A DNA stretch of 57,186 nt from IMG/VR virus record IMGVR_UViG_3300020151_001089, positions 1 to 57,186 of that record; one strand, 5' to 3'. This document shows positions 54,901-57,186 of the stretch, one piece after another. The notes beneath the pieces were generated by a model that had not been told where the DNA came from, did not search any database, and worked only from the letters and a program-made list of their open reading frames with translations. A program made the position numbers and the translations under genes. Each line of letters opens with the position of its first letter. The stretch's first letter is position 1. The DNA comes from a virus (taxonomy: Duplodnaviria > Caudoviricetes).

Positions 54901-55749
54901 ATGAATATTAATAGATCTTTATTAGATATAATAAAGAAAGGAGATTTTCTTCCGATAAATCCAATTAATAGGGAAAAGTTTTTTTATAATAATCCAGAAG
55001 AAAAAAAATCCAATAATCCACATAATGTTTGGGATTTTGTTCATCCAGATGATTATCATCTATATAAAAGACATTTAAAAACTCAACCACATTATTGGTT
55101 TTATAGACATAATCCTATAAAATATACTGTTAATTCCAAAGGATATAGAACTAAAGAATTTGATCAAATTGATTGGAAAAATTCTATAGTAATGTTTGGT
55201 TGTTCTCATGTTTTTGGTATTGGTAATGATGATAAACATACTATACCTTATTACCTAGAAGAGATATGTGGAATACCAATTATCAATATGGGTATAAACG
55301 GATCTTCAATTCAAGCAGCTTTGCATAATTCTTTAATCACCAATAATAAATATGAAACTCCTAAAGCAATAATTTATTCCTGGACTTCAATTACTAGATA
55401 TGCAACATATCAAAAATATAATGCTGCATATAATACATTATCAAGTTCAATGGATTATGAAGGTCTTCCTCTTATTGAATTGTTGAAAGGAAAGCAACTT
55501 AAAAGAGAATTTCACGATTTATATAATATACTTGGGATCAATATGTTATACGTGGATTTAATTCGTAATATGTGGAAAGATAAATGTCCAATTTATGAAT
55601 TTTCTTTGTTTGCAAATACTGCTGATTATTTTGAATGTGATCTTTTCAGTGAGATACAAGATAAAGCAAGAGATCTGCATCATTATGGACCAAAAACAAA
55701 TAAATTAATTGCGGAATTTATACATAATAAAATAAAGGACAAATTATGA
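54901..55749 (+). CDS. SGNH/GDSL-like protein, paralog 2
   Basis: NSKGYR..EF...FGCSHVFG.G...INMG..GSS...ARDLHHYG...N. Confidence 0.65.
   Translation: MNINRSLLDIIKKGDFLPINPINREKFFYNNPEEKKSNNPHNVWDFVHPDDYHLYKRHLKTQPHYWFYRHNPIKYTVNSKGYRTKEFDQIDWKNSIVMFGCSHVFGIGNDDKHTIPYYLEEICGIPIINMGINGSSIQAALHNSLITNNKYETPKAIIYSWTSITRYATYQKYNAAYNTLSSSMDYEGLPLIELLKGKQLKREFHDLYNILGINMLYVDLIRNMWKDKCPIYEFSLFANTADYFECDLFSEIQDKARDLHHYGPKTNKLIAEFIHNKIKDKL
55141..55219 (+). repeat. 79-bp exact direct repeat, copy 2
   Basis: Identical to 54146-54224. Confidence 0.95.
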
Positions 55750-55850
55750 TTAAATTTATCAAATCTTTAATTAAAAAATATAAAGAACACGTTGAGTATA
55801 AAAAACTTGTTGAACAAATAAAGAAAGAAGATCCATTTATTTACAAATGA
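55746..55850 (+). CDS. 34-aa peptide
   Basis: MIKFIKSLIKKYKEHVEYKKLVEQIKKEDPFIYK*; ATGA coupling at both ends. Confidence 0.55.
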   Translation: MIKFIKSLIKKYKEHVEYKKLVEQIKKEDPFIYK

Positions 55851-55990
55851 CATATCATGTTTTAGATCCAACGACACCATGGTTTGAGTGGTTGTCTTAT
55901 TGTGAATGTTGTGCTAGTCTTAATATTGAACCACGTCTTGGAAGATTTATGCGTTATCGTGAATATCTAAGAGAAGTTGGAATTTTGTAA
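55847..55990 (+). CDS. 47-aa peptide
   Basis: MTYHVLDPTTPWFEWLSYCECCASLNIEPRLGRFMRYREYLREVGIL*. Confidence 0.6.
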   Translation: MTYHVLDPTTPWFEWLSYCECCASLNIEPRLGRFMRYREYLREVGIL

Positions 55991-56005
55991 TTAGGAGAAT
56001 AATAA

Positions 56006-56296
56006 ATGGTTTTTAATATTACTCTTGTAAATTTTGAAGGGACTGAATATAAAATAACGGGAGAAAATGATACGTATATTATTGATTCTATAGAAAAATC
56101 TGGATATGCGATTCCCACTCTTTGCCGTGCTGGTGCTTGTGGTCGATGTGCATCAAAGATACTTGAAGGTAAAGTTGATAATTCAGAACAATCGTTTTTG
56201 ACTGATGAACAGATAGAACAAGGATTTTCACAAATTTGTGTTGCATATCCATTATCAGACTGTAAAATTCTCGTTGACCAAGAGAGGTTTCTTTAA
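56006..56296 (+). CDS. petF: Plant-type [2Fe-2S] ferredoxin
   Basis: P.LCRAGACGRC..KI.EG.VD.SEQSFL.DEQIEQGF..ICVAYP.SDC; SD AGGAG. Confidence 0.92.
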   Translation: MVFNITLVNFEGTEYKITGENDTYIIDSIEKSGYAIPTLCRAGACGRCASKILEGKVDNSEQSFLTDEQIEQGFSQICVAYPLSDCKILVDQERFL

Positions 56297-56299
56297 ATC

Positions 56300-56593
56300 A
56301 TGAATTTTTTATATTATTGGGACAGGATAAATTTAAAAATTAGTAGATTTTTTAAAATTAAAGATCCACTTGCTGAATATAAAATTTATTGTTATGATGA
56401 ACAAGATGCAAAGTATTCATTAGTTGAAATTTTATATAATGTAGAAGAAAAGGTGAGACAATTGGAAGAAAAAGTTCAAAATCTTGAAATGGAAAATATT
56501 GCTACTACAAATGAACTTTATCGCCTTGAAAATTCTCTTGATGCTCGTATAGATATTATTGTAGATCGTTGTAGGATTGATTTCAATGTATGA
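56300..56593 (+). CDS. Coiled-coil hypothetical protein
   Basis: LEEKVQNLEMENIATTNELYRLEN. Confidence 0.65.
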   Translation: MNFLYYWDRINLKISRFFKIKDPLAEYKIYCYDEQDAKYSLVEILYNVEEKVRQLEEKVQNLEMENIATTNELYRLENSLDARIDIIVDRCRIDFNV

Positions 56594-56765
56594 ATTGGAC
56601 GATTTTGAAAAAGCACTTGCACATTTTGGATCACGAGTAGATATCATTGTCGCCCTTGAAATGGGAGGAAAATTAGATGCTGACACTGCTTACAAAAATA
56701 TTAAAATTGAACTTAAAGAACTCAAAAGAATCAGAAAATCTATCAAAAAAGACAAGGATTTGTGA
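56586..56765 (+). CDS. Small hypothetical protein
   Basis: MYELDDFEKALAHFGSRVDIIVALEMGGK. Confidence 0.7.
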   Translation: MYELDDFEKALAHFGSRVDIIVALEMGGKLDADTAYKNIKIELKELKRIRKSIKKDKDL

Positions 56766-56883
56766 TAAGTGTGGAGTTGAAAAATCTCTAACACGAGAAA
56801 ACTTTGAAGTAGTGAAGTATTTTCGTGATGGATACTCCTATTATTGTAATGAATGTTCTTCTAATAGTACCAAGTCTAAATAA
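56677..56883 (+). CDS. Small Zn-finger-like protein (start uncertain)
   Basis: CDKCGVEK...F...YCNEC. Confidence 0.5.
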   Translation: MLTLLTKILKLNLKNSKESENLSKKTRICDKCGVEKSLTRENFEVVKYFRDGYSYYCNECSSNSTKSK

Positions 56884-56921
56884 CAATAAATAAGTAAATA
56901 ACAGAGGAAATTTGAGATAAG

Positions 56922-57186
56922 ATGGCAGTATTAACCGCAACTGGTATTACTTTTAGTGATGCCACATCATTATCATCTAGATATGGGGTTTTACCACAAA
57001 GCACCGTAGCAGTATTTTTTCAGGCAGCTGCACCAACTGGTTGGACCCAAAGTGCAACTCATAATGACAAAGCATTAAGAGTTGTTAGTGGTACTGGTGG
57101 TGGATTTGGTTCTGGTGGAACTTCTGGTGCTGGAGGAATTGCTTTTAGTTCAGCATTCCCAGCAGTGGCAAAACCAATTTCAGTTC
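56922..57186 (+). CDS. Tail-fibre/collar-like protein, 3'-truncated by window edge (not in ORF track)
   Basis: MAVLTATGITFSD...FFQAAAPTGWTQ...NDKALRVVSG.GGG; AATAAATA late promoter about 56885. Confidence 0.7.
   Translation, partial: MAVLTATGITFSDATSLSSRYGVLPQSTVAVFFQAAAPTGWTQSATHNDKALRVVSGTGGGFGSGGTSGAGGIAFSSAFPAVAKPISV

Noticed and set aside
54146-55219. Diversity-generating retroelement TR/VR pair
   Set aside because: Copies are identical (no adenine-specific mismatches), lie mid-gene, and no reverse transcriptase is present in the window

Overview
AT-rich segment of a T4-like cyanophage (cyanomyovirus, Kyanoviridae-like) genome. The host is probably a Synechococcus/Cyanobium-type picocyanobacterium (inference). 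From left to right it contains: the 3' part of psbA, psbD and an HNH endonuclease; glutaredoxin and speD; a small nitrogen-regulation locus (NtcA-like box, sigma70 promoter, tandem glutamine-riboswitch-like aptamers, the second enclosing a 50-codon ORF, then a DUF4278/YRG peptide); thyX, phoH, exonuclease, gp33, gp59 and gp32; the baseplate/tail module (gp53 with a large inserted stalk plus propeller, gp48, gp2, gp4, gp54, gp26, gp51, two large hub/tape-measure-like proteins, gp5 and others) with cp12 embedded; tRNA-Gly, a cpeT-like lyase and tRNA-Thr; several 2OG-Fe(II) oxygenases, one with a halogenase-type HxG motif; a Mom-like GNAT protein; a 1959-aa tail-fibre-like protein; an SF2 helicase; an accessory region with a tailoring-enzyme cluster (methyltransferase, atypical P-loop/sulfotransferase-like proteins, ferritin-like di-iron protein, carbamoyltransferase, two SGNH-like paralogs sharing an exact 79-bp repeat); petF; and the start of another tail-fibre-like gene. 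I saw no CRISPR array, rRNA, transposase, reverse transcriptase or intron. All family assignments come from motif recognition by eye; no database searches were run.
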